Shown here piece after piece: positions 17,932-28,064 of a stretch of DNA of 42,429 nt. The notes beneath the pieces are model-generated. The model was not told the DNA's origin. It saw only the letters and a program-made list of their open reading frames with translations, and made no database searches. Numbering within the stretch: the first letter of the stretch is position 1; each line of letters opens with the position of its first letter. Source of the stretch: Candidatus Omnitrophota bacterium (GTDB lineage Bacteria; Omnitrophota; Omnitrophia; Omnitrophales; Aquincolibacteriaceae). The position numbers were made by a program, and so were the translations under genes. The stretch is from the NCBI GenBank assembly GCA_903819565.1, contig CAIJDY010000107.1:1-42429 (forward strand). The letters run 5' to 3'.

Positions 17932-18752
17932 AGATCTCCCACACGTTGGTGGCCCTGGACGTTGAATCGACCGGTATTTGGATCGAAAAAGACAAGATCA
18001 TTGAGATCGCGCTGGTCAAATACATGCCGGACGGAAAAAAAGAGACCTACGAGAAGAAGATCAACCCGGGGATCCCGATCCCTAAGGCGGTCACGGACCT
18101 GACCGGCATTTCGAACGAGGACGTTCGGGGAGCTCCTTCTTTTGAAGCGGTGGCGCCGGAGATCCTGGCTTTTCTCGGGGATGCGGATCTGGCGGGCTTC
18201 AATATCAAAAGATTCGACCTGCCGCTCCTCACGAGGGAATTTGCGGACATCGGGGTCAAGTTCGACTGGGAAACGAAGCGGACTTACGATGCCCAAATGA
18301 TCTTCCACCTGAACGAGAAACGGGATCTTTCCGCGGCTTATCAGTTTTATTGCGGCAAGGAACTGGTCGGTGCCCATTCCGCACTGGCGGACAGTGAGGC
18401 GATCTTCGAGATTCTCGAAAAGCAGGTGGCCAAGTACGGCGAGGGGCAGGAGGACTTGTCGGTCCTGGCGAAGTACGAATACAGCTCGTTCATGGAATTT
18501 TTCGACGTGGACAAAAAGTTTTGCTGGTGGCACGGGAAGCTTTACCCGATGTTTGGAAAGTACCGCCGCAAGACCTCGGTGGAAGAGATCGCGAAAACGG
18601 ACGCGCCTTACCTCCATTGGCTCCTGAAGTCGGATTTCAAAGAGGACGTCAAAACGATGATCAAGGCGGCCCTCAAGGGCGTATTCCCGTCCCATCAAAA
18701 AAAAGGGGACGCCGCTCCGGTGAGCGGGCCCGAAGCCCCGGGATTATTTTAG
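17928..18752 (+). CDS. DEDDh 3'-5' exonuclease (DnaQ/ExoX-like)
   Basis: [30 protein letters not shown]; C-terminal MFGKY...YLHWLL module. Confidence 0.9.
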   Translation: MKISHTLVALDVESTGIWIEKDKIIEIALVKYMPDGKKETYEKKINPGIPIPKAVTDLTGISNEDVRGAPSFEAVAPEILAFLGDADLAGFNIKRFDLPLLTREFADIGVKFDWETKRTYDAQMIFHLNEKRDLSAAYQFYCGKELVGAHSALADSEAIFEILEKQVAKYGEGQEDLSVLAKYEYSSFMEFFDVDKKFCWWHGKLYPMFGKYRRKTSVEEIAKTDAPYLHWLLKSDFKEDVKTMIKAALKGVFPSHQKKGDAAPVSGPEAPGLF

Positions 18753-18765
18753 GGATTATTTCCCT

Positions 18766-18793
18766 TTGCTTCCCGGGAGAGTTTCCGTATAAT
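18766..18793 (+). promoter_or_regulatory. sigma70-type promoter for rpsU
   Basis: TTGCTT-16 nt-TATAAT. Confidence 0.55.
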
Positions 18794-18879
18794 ACCGCCT
18801 CCAATGAACCCACACCAAGTACCGTGGCAGTGAAGGGGTTACGCGGTACGGCAGACTGCACCAGAAAGGGTGATAACGC

Positions 18880-19059
18880 GTGTTAAAAGTTGATGTCGGA
18901 GAGCACGAGCCTCTTGAAAGGGCCCTGAAGCGCCTCAAAAAGAAAATGGAGCGCGAGGGGATCTTGAAACTTCTCAAGGCGCGTAAGAATTACGAAAAGC
19001 CCAGCGAGAAGAGGCGCCGCAAAGCCCGCACCTCGAAGTCCCGCAAATTCAGCTTCTAA
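18880..19059 (+). CDS. rpsU: 30S ribosomal protein bS21 (59 aa; absent from the ORF track)
   Basis: GTG start after AAAGGGTGA; MLKVDVGEHEPLERALKRLKKKMEREGILKLLKARKNYEKPSEKRRRKARTSKSRKFSF. Confidence 0.95.
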   Translation: MLKVDVGEHEPLERALKRLKKKMEREGILKLLKARKNYEKPSEKRRRKARTSKSRKFSF

Positions 19060-19199
19060 AAGAACTTCCGCCGCTGAATTTTCTTTTTTTGATATTCCCT
19101 CAGGAGAAGACCGTTCATTCCCTGTTGTGGAAAAAGCGGTTTTGTTTTGATATCATAGCGGCTTATGATAGATCGAAAGGGCGCTGAACTCCGGAACCT

Positions 19200-20471
19200 A
19201 TGACCTCTAAATTCCAAAGTTTTCCCGGCATGGAGGATATCCTTCCGGGAGAGATCGAAAAATGGCAATGGGTGGAAGAAAAAGCCCGTGTCTTTTTCGA
19301 AGCCGGCGGTTTTAAAGAGCTCCGCACGCCCGTTCTCGAACCCACCGAGCTTTTCGTTCGCTCCATCGGCCAGGCCAGCGATATCGTCCACAAGGAAATG
19401 TTCTCTTTCAAGGACCGCGGCGAACGCGACATGACGATGCGTCCGGAGATGACGGCTTCGGTGGCGCGCGCGGTATTGGAAAAAGGACTGCTCAAGACTA
19501 CGAAATCCCTCAGGCTTTATTACATCGGTCCCATGTTCCGCGCCGAACGGCCCCAGGCCGGACGCAAGCGCCAGTTCCACCAGATCGGCGCCGAGATCGT
19601 CAACGAAGGCGCGCACGCGGATTTCGAGATCATTTCGCTGGTGTACCGGTTCCTTCAATACGCCGGCCTCAAACTTTTGACGCTCAACCTCAATGATCTT
19701 GGCGAAGAAGAGGACCGCGCGAAAGTGCGCGAAGCACTCTTGGCTTATTTTTCCAGGGAGAAGGCGAGGCTTTGCAAAGACTGCCAGTGGCGTCTTGAGA
19801 AAAATGTTCTGCGCGTCTTTGATTGCAAGGTCCACGGCTGCCAGCCCGTGATCGAAAAAGCTCCGTGGGAAGATTTCTTCCCCCTTAGCGAACGCTTCGG
19901 TGCGCTGACTAAAAAACTGGAAGCTGATGGCATTCCTTTTCAGGTAAATCGCCGGCTTGTGCGAGGTCTCGATTACTACAACGGTGTGGTGTTTGAGATC
20001 ACGGCCGAGGGGCTCGGCGCTCAGAACGCCGTGGCGGGCGGCGGACGGTACGATCATTTGTACCAGGATCTTGGCGGGAACGCGACGCCGTGCACGGGTT
20101 TCAGTATCGGGATGGAGAGGCTGCTGACGGCTCTCGAAAGCCAGAGCCCAGGGATCTTTGAAGCCCTGACGGCGCGGAAGGTTTATATCGCGCCTCTTGA
20201 AGAAACGCCCGCGCTCCTTCGGTTTTGTCGGGAAAAAGCGGTCGCGCTGCGCGAAGCGGGGATCAAGATCGAAAGTTGCGCCGGCATCTTTTCGCTGAGC
20301 CAGCATTTGAAGAAGGCGAACCAGGCCGGGTTACGTTACATGATGATCGCGGGACCGGAAGAGCTTCAAAAAGAAAAGGTTGTAGTGAAGGACCTTGAAA
20401 AAAGGGAACAGGTCGAAGTCGGCAATGAACAAGTCGTTTCTCATTTTAAGAAAGAGATGGGCTTATGTTAA
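19200..20471 (+). CDS. hisS: Histidine--tRNA ligase
   Basis: PGMEDILP, RPEMTA, GPMFRAERPQAGRKRQFHQIGAE, LVRGLDYY, GGGRYD, GFSIGMER. Confidence 0.97.
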   Translation: MTSKFQSFPGMEDILPGEIEKWQWVEEKARVFFEAGGFKELRTPVLEPTELFVRSIGQASDIVHKEMFSFKDRGERDMTMRPEMTASVARAVLEKGLLKTTKSLRLYYIGPMFRAERPQAGRKRQFHQIGAEIVNEGAHADFEIISLVYRFLQYAGLKLLTLNLNDLGEEEDRAKVREALLAYFSREKARLCKDCQWRLEKNVLRVFDCKVHGCQPVIEKAPWEDFFPLSERFGALTKKLEADGIPFQVNRRLVRGLDYYNGVVFEITAEGLGAQNAVAGGGRYDHLYQDLGGNATPCTGFSIGMERLLTALESQSPGIFEALTARKVYIAPLEETPALLRFCREKAVALREAGIKIESCAGIFSLSQHLKKANQAGLRYMMIAGPEELQKEKVVVKDLEKREQVEVGNEQVVSHFKKEMGLC

Positions 20472-22237
20472 GGACTGTGACGTGCGGTGAGTTGAATAAG
20501 GATTTTTCGGGGAAAACGGAGACGTTGGCGGGCTGGGTGGATACCCGGCGCGATCACGGGAACCTGATCTTTGTAGACCTGCGTGACCGCTGGGGCGTGA
20601 CCCAGGTCGTCTTTAATCCGCAAGCGGATCCCAAAATGCATCAGCTGGCCGAATCCCTGCGCGGGGAATACGTGATCCGCGTGAAAGGGAAGGTTCACGC
20701 GCGGCCGGCCGGTACCGTGAACCCCAGGATCCCCACCGGGGAGATCGAGCTTCAGGCTGAAGCGCTGGAGGTTCTGAACACGTGTCTTCCGATGCCCTTT
20801 GAACTGGGAGAGAAAAATGTCAACGAAGAGCTGCGGCTCCTGTACCGTTTTCTGGACCTGCGCCGCAAAGATATGGTCGAAAGCCTCACGCTCCGTCACC
20901 GCGTGACGAAGCTCGTGCACGAATACTTGGACCGGCACTCTTTTATTGAGGTCGAGACGCCGTACCTGACGAAGAGCACGCCCGAAGGCGCCCGCGATTT
21001 TCTGGTTCCCTGCCGCCTTAACCCGGGAACGTTCTATGCGCTCCCGCAGTCCCCGCAGCTTTTCAAGCAGCTCTTGATGGTTTCCGGCTATGATCGTTAT
21101 TACCAGTTCGCGCGTTGTTTCCGCGACGAGGACCTTCGCAAGGACCGCCAGCCCGAGCACACCCAGATCGATCTTGAAATGTCCTTCATCGACGAAGAAG
21201 ACATTATGGGCGTGGTAGAAGGAATGGTGGCGCACGTGTTCCGGCATACCAAAAAGATCGACGTCCCGTTGCCGCTCCGCCGGATCAGCTACCAGGAAGC
21301 GATGGACAAATACGGCTGTGACAAGCCCGACCTCCGCTATGGGATGTTGCTTCAGGACCTGACTCCGGTCTTCGAGGGCAGCGGGTTCAAGATCTTTGAT
21401 GAAACGATCGCGAAAAGAGGGACGATCCGAGGACTTTGTTTCACGCCGCCCGCGGGCACGGAATTTTCCCGCAAGGATTTTGACGACCTGACCCAATGGA
21501 TCCGGACCTACGGTGCTAAAGGTCTCGCCTGGTTCAAAGTGACGGGGCCGGACGCGGTCGAATCGCCGATCCAGAAATTTTTTGACGCTGCGCGGACCGG
21601 GAAGATGGTCCGAACCGTCGGCGCGAAACCCGGCGATATTATTTTCGTGGTCGCGGACCAGTTCAAGACCGCGGTCGTGTCTCTGGGCGCGCTCCGGTGT
21701 TTTCTCGCGGAGAAATACAAGATGATCCCGGAAGGGAAATTTGAACTTCTTTGGGTCGTGGATTTCCCGCTTTTCGAATGGAACGAAGAAGAAAAACGCT
21801 GCGACGCGTGTCACCATCCGTTCACGTCCCCGAAGCCGGAAGACGTTCCGCTGCTCGGGACCGAACCGCTGAAGGTCCGGGCCCGGGCCTACGACCTCAT
21901 TTGTAACGGGACCGAAATGGGCGGCGGCAGCATCCGTATCCACGATCGCGCCGTTCAGTCCAAGATCTTCGAGCTTCTGAACCTGACGCCGGAACAGGCG
22001 GAGTCGCAGTTCGGATTTTTACTCAAGGCGCTGACGTACGGGGCGCCGCCCCACGGCGGTCTCGCGATCGGGTTAGACCGTTTCATCACCCTTTTGTTGC
22101 AGCGGGATTCGATCCGCGAAGTGATCGCGTTCCCGAAGACCCAAAAGGGAACGTGTCTTATGACCGATGCGCCGTCGTCCGTGAATGAAGCGCAGCTTCG
22201 GGAACTTAACATTGCGGTGAAACTGGCAAAATCGTAA
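20465..22237 (+). CDS. aspS: Aspartate--tRNA ligase, probably non-discriminating
   Basis: [64 protein letters not shown]. Confidence 0.97.
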   Translation: MLRTVTCGELNKDFSGKTETLAGWVDTRRDHGNLIFVDLRDRWGVTQVVFNPQADPKMHQLAESLRGEYVIRVKGKVHARPAGTVNPRIPTGEIELQAEALEVLNTCLPMPFELGEKNVNEELRLLYRFLDLRRKDMVESLTLRHRVTKLVHEYLDRHSFIEVETPYLTKSTPEGARDFLVPCRLNPGTFYALPQSPQLFKQLLMVSGYDRYYQFARCFRDEDLRKDRQPEHTQIDLEMSFIDEEDIMGVVEGMVAHVFRHTKKIDVPLPLRRISYQEAMDKYGCDKPDLRYGMLLQDLTPVFEGSGFKIFDETIAKRGTIRGLCFTPPAGTEFSRKDFDDLTQWIRTYGAKGLAWFKVTGPDAVESPIQKFFDAARTGKMVRTVGAKPGDIIFVVADQFKTAVVSLGALRCFLAEKYKMIPEGKFELLWVVDFPLFEWNEEEKRCDACHHPFTSPKPEDVPLLGTEPLKVRARAYDLICNGTEMGGGSIRIHDRAVQSKIFELLNLTPEQAESQFGFLLKALTYGAPPHGGLAIGLDRFITLLLQRDSIREVIAFPKTQKGTCLMTDAPSSVNEAQLRELNIAVKLAKS

Positions 22238-22257
22238 TAACAGAAAAGGACCCTCTC

Positions 22258-23214
22258 TTGCAAAAGATCATCAAGCTCCGATCCAATGAAGAAGCAAGCG
22301 CCCTTTACGGCAATCTGGACCAGAATGTCCGGCAGGCGGAGAAGGATTATCACGTCAAGATCATCGCCCGCAACGACCGGCTGAAGATCATGGGCGAAAA
22401 AAAGAACGTGGAGGACGCCCAGCGGTTCTTCGGACGGCTTTTGGAGATGGTGCGGAAGGGTTATCGCGTTCCGGACCGGGCGAAAGAGGCGGTTGCGGTT
22501 GTTCCTGAAGCCAAAGTGGAGGTTCCGAACAAAGGCGGCGTGCATTTTTTTCATCGCGGGAAAGTGATCCAGGCGCGCAGCGAGAACCAGCAGGCGTACC
22601 TCAAAGCGATCCAGACCCGGGACATCGTGATCTCGATCGGTCCCGCGGGGACCGGGAAAACTTATCTGGCCATGGCCGCGGCGATCGAGGCGCTCAAGAA
22701 AAAGCACGTTGCCAGGATCATCCTGACCCGTCCGGCGGTCGAGGCCGGGGAGAATCTCGGGTTTTTGCCCGGGGACCTTGCGGCGAAGGTGAACCCGTAC
22801 CTCCGGCCGCTTTATGATGCGCTTTACGATATGCTGGAGTTCGAAGACGTCGCGCGCTACACGGAACGCGGGGCCATCGAGATCGCGCCAATTGCGTACA
22901 TGCGCGGCCGGACGCTCAACGACTCCTTCGTGATCCTTGACGAGGCGCAGAACTGCACGCACAACCAGATGAAGATGTTCCTGACCCGCCTGGGGCAGAC
23001 CTCCAAGGTCGTGATCACCGGCGACATCACTCAGATCGACCTGCCGTCGGGGAAAAAGTCGGGGCTTATCGAGATCCGCAATATCCTCGCGGACATTCCG
23101 GACATCCAGTTCATTTACCTGAACGAGACGGATGTGGTGCGCCACCCGCTTGTGCAGGAGATCATCAAGGCTTATGAAAAACACGAACGAAAAAAAGTCC
23201 AAACGGGAGAGTGA
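22258..23214 (+). CDS. phoH: PhoH family ATPase
   Basis: [57 protein letters not shown]. Confidence 0.95.
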   Translation: MQKIIKLRSNEEASALYGNLDQNVRQAEKDYHVKIIARNDRLKIMGEKKNVEDAQRFFGRLLEMVRKGYRVPDRAKEAVAVVPEAKVEVPNKGGVHFFHRGKVIQARSENQQAYLKAIQTRDIVISIGPAGTGKTYLAMAAAIEALKKKHVARIILTRPAVEAGENLGFLPGDLAAKVNPYLRPLYDALYDMLEFEDVARYTERGAIEIAPIAYMRGRTLNDSFVILDEAQNCTHNQMKMFLTRLGQTSKVVITGDITQIDLPSGKKSGLIEIRNILADIPDIQFIYLNETDVVRHPLVQEIIKAYEKHERKKVQTGE

Positions 23215-25426
23215 CCGGTCCTCCCCGAGGCCGACGTTCTTCGGCGTTTTCCCGCTAGCTGCTTTCGCGGGAGCGGCCGCTCTTGTCTGCACGGTCCTTT
23301 TCTGGGGCCGGTCGCTGGAACTTAACCGGCAGGAATTTGTCCTCGAAGAGCCGGCGGTGAGCGCCTATTTTTCGCCGCTCGCTTTTTCTTTTGTGGACGA
23401 GCCCCGGACCGCCGCTCTCCGCGCCGAAAAGGCGAAGACCGTTCCCCTGACGTACAAGATCGACGAAACGATTAATAAAAAGATCACGGAACAGACAGGG
23501 TCCTTTTTCAAGGTCCTTCAGGAGACCCGGAAGAAAAAATCGCCGGCGGATGATGCCCGCTGGAAAGAGATCCCGTTCCAGGTGCCCGCCAGTTCTCTGA
23601 GCGCGCTTCAGGATGAACATTTGTTCGCGGAGGTCAAAACAAACGTCATCAACCTTCTCGCCCATTATTTGACGCAGGGGATCCTTGCCGCTCCGGAACT
23701 TTCGCGCCTTCGCCAGTCCGGGGAGCAGGCGATTCGGGTCGTGGCGGAGGGCGACGCGACGGGGGGGATAAGGAAGCTGAACTCTTTTTTGACGAAGGAG
23801 GCGGTCCTTGAGGAAGCGCCCACGAAATTAACTCCTGAAGCCGCCAAGAACAAGAACGCGAGGAACGTCATTCTTCAGGTCCTTGGCGCCGCGATCTACG
23901 AAAATCTCGTTCTGGATGCCGACCGGACGGAGGCCTCCCGCAAAAAAGCTGCCGCCACCATCCCACCGGTCGAGATCAAGATCAAGAAGAACGAGCTGAT
24001 CGTCCAGCGGGGCATGCTGGTCACCCAGGAGATCAAAGAGCGTCTGGACCAGGTCCACAAAAGACTTGTGAGCCGGAAGCAAATGACGCAGATTTTCGCG
24101 GGCGTGCTGCTGGTGGCGTTCCTTTACGGCCTTTCCTATTTTTATTTTTTCCTGTTTGAACCGAAGGCTTTCCTGGTGCGTTCCCGGCTTTTGCTTTTTC
24201 ACACCGTCATTCTTTCCAATGTGCTCCTTTGCAAGGCGATGGTCCTGTGGCCGGACGGCTCGATCTACCTGATGCCGACAGCTTTGGCGTCACTTCTCCT
24301 GACGCTTCTGGTTAGTAGCCGGAGCGGTCTGTGGGCCGGGGCGATGATGGTCATCATGAGCGGTTTTTTGTCCGCGTTCCATGCCGATGTGGTCCTCGGG
24401 ACCCTGCTGACCTCGGCCGCGGCAACGTTCCTGGCGTACCGGGTGCGCAAGCGCATTCATTTCCTCCGTGTCGGGTTCGGCATCGGCACGGTTTATTTTT
24501 TGACCCTCTGGGGATTCCAGGTCGCGCAGAATGTCCGCGTGGGGGAGGCCTTTTCAGCGGCTTCACTGGGGTTCGGGAACGGGTTTTTGGTGGTCGTGCT
24601 CTCTTTTCTGATGCTTCCGTTCCTCGAAGCGGCTTTTGACGTTGTTACGGACATCACGCTTCTGGAGCACTCGGACCTGAATCATCCGCTCATGCAGAAA
24701 ATGATGGTCCAGGCGCCGGGGACCTACCATCACAGCCTGGTCGTGAGCGCGTTGGCCGAACACGCTTGCGAAAAGATCGGGGCGAACGCGCTGCTTGCGA
24801 AGGTCGGCTGTTACTTCCATGACATCGGGAAGATCGAACGTCCGGAATATTTCTCGGAGAACCAGGGATATCTTTACCCGAACCTGCATGACCGGCTGTT
24901 GCCGCAATTGAGCTATGAAATCATCGTGGACCATGTCCGGAACGGCGTGCAGCTGGCCCGCAAATACAAACTCAAAAGGGCGATCACGGATTTTATCATC
25001 GAGCACCAGGGGGCCGGCGTGATCTATTATTTTTACAAGAAAGCGATCGACGGGGCGCCTGCCGCTGCGCACGTCCGCGCGGACGATTACCGTTATCCAG
25101 GTCCAAAACCGCAAAGTAAGGAAACGGCCGTGGTTCTTTTGGCGGATTCCGTTGAAGCGGCCTCGCGTTCCCTGAAGGAAATGACGCCGGAGGCTATCCA
25201 GCAGCTCGTCCGCAAGATCATTAATGACAAATTCATCGACGGCCAGCTGGATGAATGCGAACTGACCCTGGCGGACCTTTACCGGATCCAGGAAAGTTTC
25301 GTTCGGAACATGGCCGCAATGTTCCACACGCGCATGAGGTATCCGATCGTCGAAAAGATCCCCGGCGCGCCGGACCTTTTTGAGGAAAATCAGTTCTCGA
25401 AGTTTCGCGTGGAGGACACTCAGTGA
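23174..25426 (+). CDS. 7TM-HD (HDIG) phosphohydrolase, PgpH-like putative c-di-AMP phosphodiesterase
   Basis: TM, extracellular domain, ~7 TM, then [48 protein letters not shown]; synteny phoH-HD-ybeY. Confidence 0.88.
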   Translation: MKNTNEKKSKRESDRSSPRPTFFGVFPLAAFAGAAALVCTVLFWGRSLELNRQEFVLEEPAVSAYFSPLAFSFVDEPRTAALRAEKAKTVPLTYKIDETINKKITEQTGSFFKVLQETRKKKSPADDARWKEIPFQVPASSLSALQDEHLFAEVKTNVINLLAHYLTQGILAAPELSRLRQSGEQAIRVVAEGDATGGIRKLNSFLTKEAVLEEAPTKLTPEAAKNKNARNVILQVLGAAIYENLVLDADRTEASRKKAAATIPPVEIKIKKNELIVQRGMLVTQEIKERLDQVHKRLVSRKQMTQIFAGVLLVAFLYGLSYFYFFLFEPKAFLVRSRLLLFHTVILSNVLLCKAMVLWPDGSIYLMPTALASLLLTLLVSSRSGLWAGAMMVIMSGFLSAFHADVVLGTLLTSAAATFLAYRVRKRIHFLRVGFGIGTVYFLTLWGFQVAQNVRVGEAFSAASLGFGNGFLVVVLSFLMLPFLEAAFDVVTDITLLEHSDLNHPLMQKMMVQAPGTYHHSLVVSALAEHACEKIGANALLAKVGCYFHDIGKIERPEYFSENQGYLYPNLHDRLLPQLSYEIIVDHVRNGVQLARKYKLKRAITDFIIEHQGAGVIYYFYKKAIDGAPAAAHVRADDYRYPGPKPQSKETAVVLLADSVEAASRSLKEMTPEAIQQLVRKIINDKFIDGQLDECELTLADLYRIQESFVRNMAAMFHTRMRYPIVEKIPGAPDLFEENQFSKFRVEDTQ

Positions 25427-25953
25427 CACGCCCCCCGGCGTATGAGATATGCTTTCGCCAGGAGTGCCCGCGTATCGCCGTGTCGGAGCCCACGATCCGG
25501 AAGATCGCTCGCAATATTCTCCGGGACCTCGGTTTCAAAAAAGCGGTTTTGAGCATTCTTCTGGTGGACGGTGCCGCGATGCGCGCCCTCAATAACCGTT
25601 ACCTGCGTCACGCGCGAGTGACCGACGTTCTTGCGTTCAGCCAGCCCAAACCGGAGGTCCATTCGAAGGACGCGGTTGCTTCCAAGGCCCTGCGGCGCAC
25701 GGATGTCGATTTCCTCGGGGATATCGCTCTTTGCCTTCCGACGATCCGTTCCCAGGCCAAGGAATACGGCCATTCGTTCGAGGAAGAACTCCATTATTGC
25801 CTCTGCCACGGGATCCTGCATTTGATCGGCTATGAAGACAAGACCCGCAACGCTTTTCACAAAATGCACCGCAAACAGAAATTGATCCTGAAGCGTGTGG
25901 CCGGTCCCCTAGGCGCAAGCGCGAAAAAGAAGTCCGCTTCCGGCGGTCGATGA
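25423..25953 (+). CDS. ybeY: rRNA maturation endoribonuclease YbeY
   Basis: LNNRYL, TDVLAF, LGDIAL, HGILHLIGYED; synteny. Confidence 0.92.
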   Translation: MTRPPAYEICFRQECPRIAVSEPTIRKIARNILRDLGFKKAVLSILLVDGAAMRALNNRYLRHARVTDVLAFSQPKPEVHSKDAVASKALRRTDVDFLGDIALCLPTIRSQAKEYGHSFEEELHYCLCHGILHLIGYEDKTRNAFHKMHRKQKLILKRVAGPLGASAKKKSASGGR

Positions 25954-25959
25954 CCCGCC

Positions 25960-26718
25960 ATGAGCATTCATAAAACCGAAGCGGTCGTCATCAAGACCCA
26001 GCCGTTCCGCTCGAGTTCCCTGATCGTGACTTTTTTTACGCCGCAGCTCGGGAAGATCCGTGGTGTGGTCAAGGGCGTGCACCGGGAAGGGGAGGTCCGT
26101 CAGGCAGGGTTCGAGATCTTCACTCACGCGGAATTTGTTTTCTATGAAAAGAAGCGTTCCGATCTTCACCTGATCTCGGATACCGCCATTCTGGAAAGCC
26201 GGCACGCGATCCGCAACCGCCTGGACACAATCGCCTACGGAAGCTATTTCTGTGAATTGGCGGATGAGCTCACGGAAGTCCACGACCCGCATCCGGAGAT
26301 CTTTCATCTGCTCCAATCCGGGTTTCATTTTCTTTCCGTGATCCCTCCGGCGCGGTTGGCCCTGCTTTTTGAGATCAAACTGCTCCGGGAAATGGGATGG
26401 CTTCCGTATCTTGAAAGCTGTTTCAGCTGTGGCGCCAAACCTCTCGAGCAGGGCTATTTTTCCGTCCGCCAGGGCGCCTTGATCTGCGAAAAATGCCGTG
26501 GCCAGGAACCGGGCGCGCAGCCCGTGGGAGCGCCTGTCCTGGCGGTCTTCCGCGCTTACGGCAAGGACGCATTGGAAGACTGCCTGCGCGTTTCCCACAG
26601 CAGCGTTATCGAAAACCAGATTCGGTTCCTTATTACGCAATTCCTCAACTTCCGCCTCGGGAAAGTTCTCAAATCCCGCAAGTTCCTTGAAGCGATTAAG
26701 CCTATCCTGAACCATTGA
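25960..26718 (+). CDS. recO: DNA repair protein RecO
   Basis: KTEAVVIK, IVTFFT..GKI.GVVKG, FEIKLL..MG..P.L..CFSCG...LICEKC zinc finger. Confidence 0.93.
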   Translation: MSIHKTEAVVIKTQPFRSSSLIVTFFTPQLGKIRGVVKGVHREGEVRQAGFEIFTHAEFVFYEKKRSDLHLISDTAILESRHAIRNRLDTIAYGSYFCELADELTEVHDPHPEIFHLLQSGFHFLSVIPPARLALLFEIKLLREMGWLPYLESCFSCGAKPLEQGYFSVRQGALICEKCRGQEPGAQPVGAPVLAVFRAYGKDALEDCLRVSHSSVIENQIRFLITQFLNFRLGKVLKSRKFLEAIKPILNH

Positions 26719-26847
26719 CCCACAAGTAAACTTTCGGGTTAGCCTTCAGTTTAAATATTTTTATTACCCCACAAAAAATCGACATAAATCATTCAAATCA
26801 AAAGGTTTATGTTAAAAAAATAGAAAGTAAAAATTTTTAGTATGCGT

Positions 26848-26876
26848 TTGACAATTCTAAATTGTGATGTTATGGT
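26848..26876 (+). promoter_or_regulatory. sigma70-type promoter for the unknown two-gene unit
   Basis: TTGACA-17 nt-TATGGT with extended -10 TG, in a ~230-nt AT-rich region. Confidence 0.6.
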
Positions 26877-26893
26877 TCCTTTAGAGTGTCCAA

Positions 26894-26918
26894 ATAGCAT
26901 ATAACATCTATATGCTAT
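26894..26918. promoter_or_regulatory. Perfect 10-5-10 inverted repeat downstream of the promoter (operator or 5'-UTR hairpin)
   Basis: ATAGCATATA-ACATC-TATATGCTAT; ATGCTATA recurs at 26922-26929. Confidence 0.5.
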
Positions 26919-26955
26919 AAAATGCTATATAAAGACTTGAAAGGCAAAATGTAAA

Positions 26956-27750
26956 ATGAACGGAAAAATGGAGCAGGTAAAGATCCCGTATCTGTACTTC
27001 AATTTCTCGAATGAGGAGCGCGAATCCGCGATCCACTATCTCCTCGAATGCATTCTCAAGGCGCGGGACAAAGGGCGCGGACTTCAAAAGGTTCGGGGGT
27101 TCGATGAGGATGTGAACATTTATCTCGCGCACCTGCTTTTTGCCATTACGCTTCCAGAATATCACGACATGGCGGATCCGTTCCTCTCTGCCCGACCCGA
27201 GCAGGTTTTTGAATGGGTCCGGGACACCGAGGATCCGATGCTTCGCTATTTTATCTTCAAAGTGAATGCGGATAACCTGCTGGTTCAGTCCACGGTGTTT
27301 AATCCGGATTCCGAACTTGCGAAAAGATTCCCGTTCAAAAAAGACAATACCGAAGCGGTCAACGAGGAAGCGATGGCGGCGGTTCTCTATTACAATCACG
27401 CCTCCCGCTGCCATGAAGGACTGCATGAAAAGAAGACCGGCGTGGGGGAGGTTCTGGAGAAGATCGCGGGGGACCTTGGGCTTTACCAGAAGATCCTCGC
27501 GGGCGTCCGGTCCGATTATTTCAGGTTGATCGATAGCTTTCGGGACCAGGCCTTCCAGCATTTTTATGCGAAGATGGACGGGTACGAGAAACAATACCTG
27601 AAAGAGATCAAGATGGGGCATTTTCTGGAAGCGTACCAGGGATGGCTTCTTCAACGCGATCCTGTGCAGAAAAGTAAAGTGCTGTCTTTGGCCCAAGAGC
27701 TTCAGCGGCTGGATCCGGAATTCCGTTTTGACAACACAAAACTCAACTGA
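26956..27750 (+). CDS. Uncharacterised helical protein (264 aa)
   Basis: Long ORF with genome-typical codon usage; conserved-looking motifs DEDVNIYLAHLL, FKVNADNLL, FLEAYQGW, LQRLDPEF; no function recognised. Confidence 0.85.
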   Translation: MNGKMEQVKIPYLYFNFSNEERESAIHYLLECILKARDKGRGLQKVRGFDEDVNIYLAHLLFAITLPEYHDMADPFLSARPEQVFEWVRDTEDPMLRYFIFKVNADNLLVQSTVFNPDSELAKRFPFKKDNTEAVNEEAMAAVLYYNHASRCHEGLHEKKTGVGEVLEKIAGDLGLYQKILAGVRSDYFRLIDSFRDQAFQHFYAKMDGYEKQYLKEIKMGHFLEAYQGWLLQRDPVQKSKVLSLAQELQRLDPEFRFDNTKLN

Positions 27751-27782
27751 CGAAAGGGCTCCAAGGAGTCCGTAGGTCCCCA

Positions 27783-27947
27783 ATGAGCGAAACCCACTTG
27801 CAATATGAGGTCGAATCTAAGCGGAACGAATTCTTGGATGTTTATTCGCTCTATCTAATGACCCGTATTTCGCTTATCCGGGATGAGGCTCGCTTCAAGG
27901 CGTACGAGCTCCGTTTCCTCGATCCGAAATTCGTCACCCCGTTCTAA
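27783..27947 (+). CDS. Small 54-aa protein, paralog of the C-terminal domain of the upstream 264-aa protein (absent from the ORF track)
   Basis: MSETHLQYEVESKRNEFLDVYSLYLMTRISLIRDEARFKAYELRFLDPKFVTPF; aligns without gaps to the upstream C-terminus; AAGGAG and TAGGT SD-like sequences upstream. Confidence 0.8.
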   Translation: MSETHLQYEVESKRNEFLDVYSLYLMTRISLIRDEARFKAYELRFLDPKFVTPF

Positions 27948-28064
27948 AAACCTCTCTTGAAGGGGGCTTCCCCGAACAGTGTTCCCAAGGCATGAGAAAT
28001 TTGCTATAATTCTTCCTCCTAATCCAAAAAGACATGATTGATGAACCCATAGCAGGGACCACCT

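Noticed and set aside
26782-26817. TTATGTTAAA resembling the XerD arm of dif (also GTGCGCATA on the minus strand near 7702-7710)
   Set aside because: No partner arm at the required 6-bp spacing in either case.
27729-27786. Frameshift or readthrough fusing the 264-aa ORF to the 54-aa ORF
   Set aside because: Readthrough meets another TGA at 27784; no canonical slippery heptamer lies in the short -1 window; the small ORF has its own ATG and SD-like signals.
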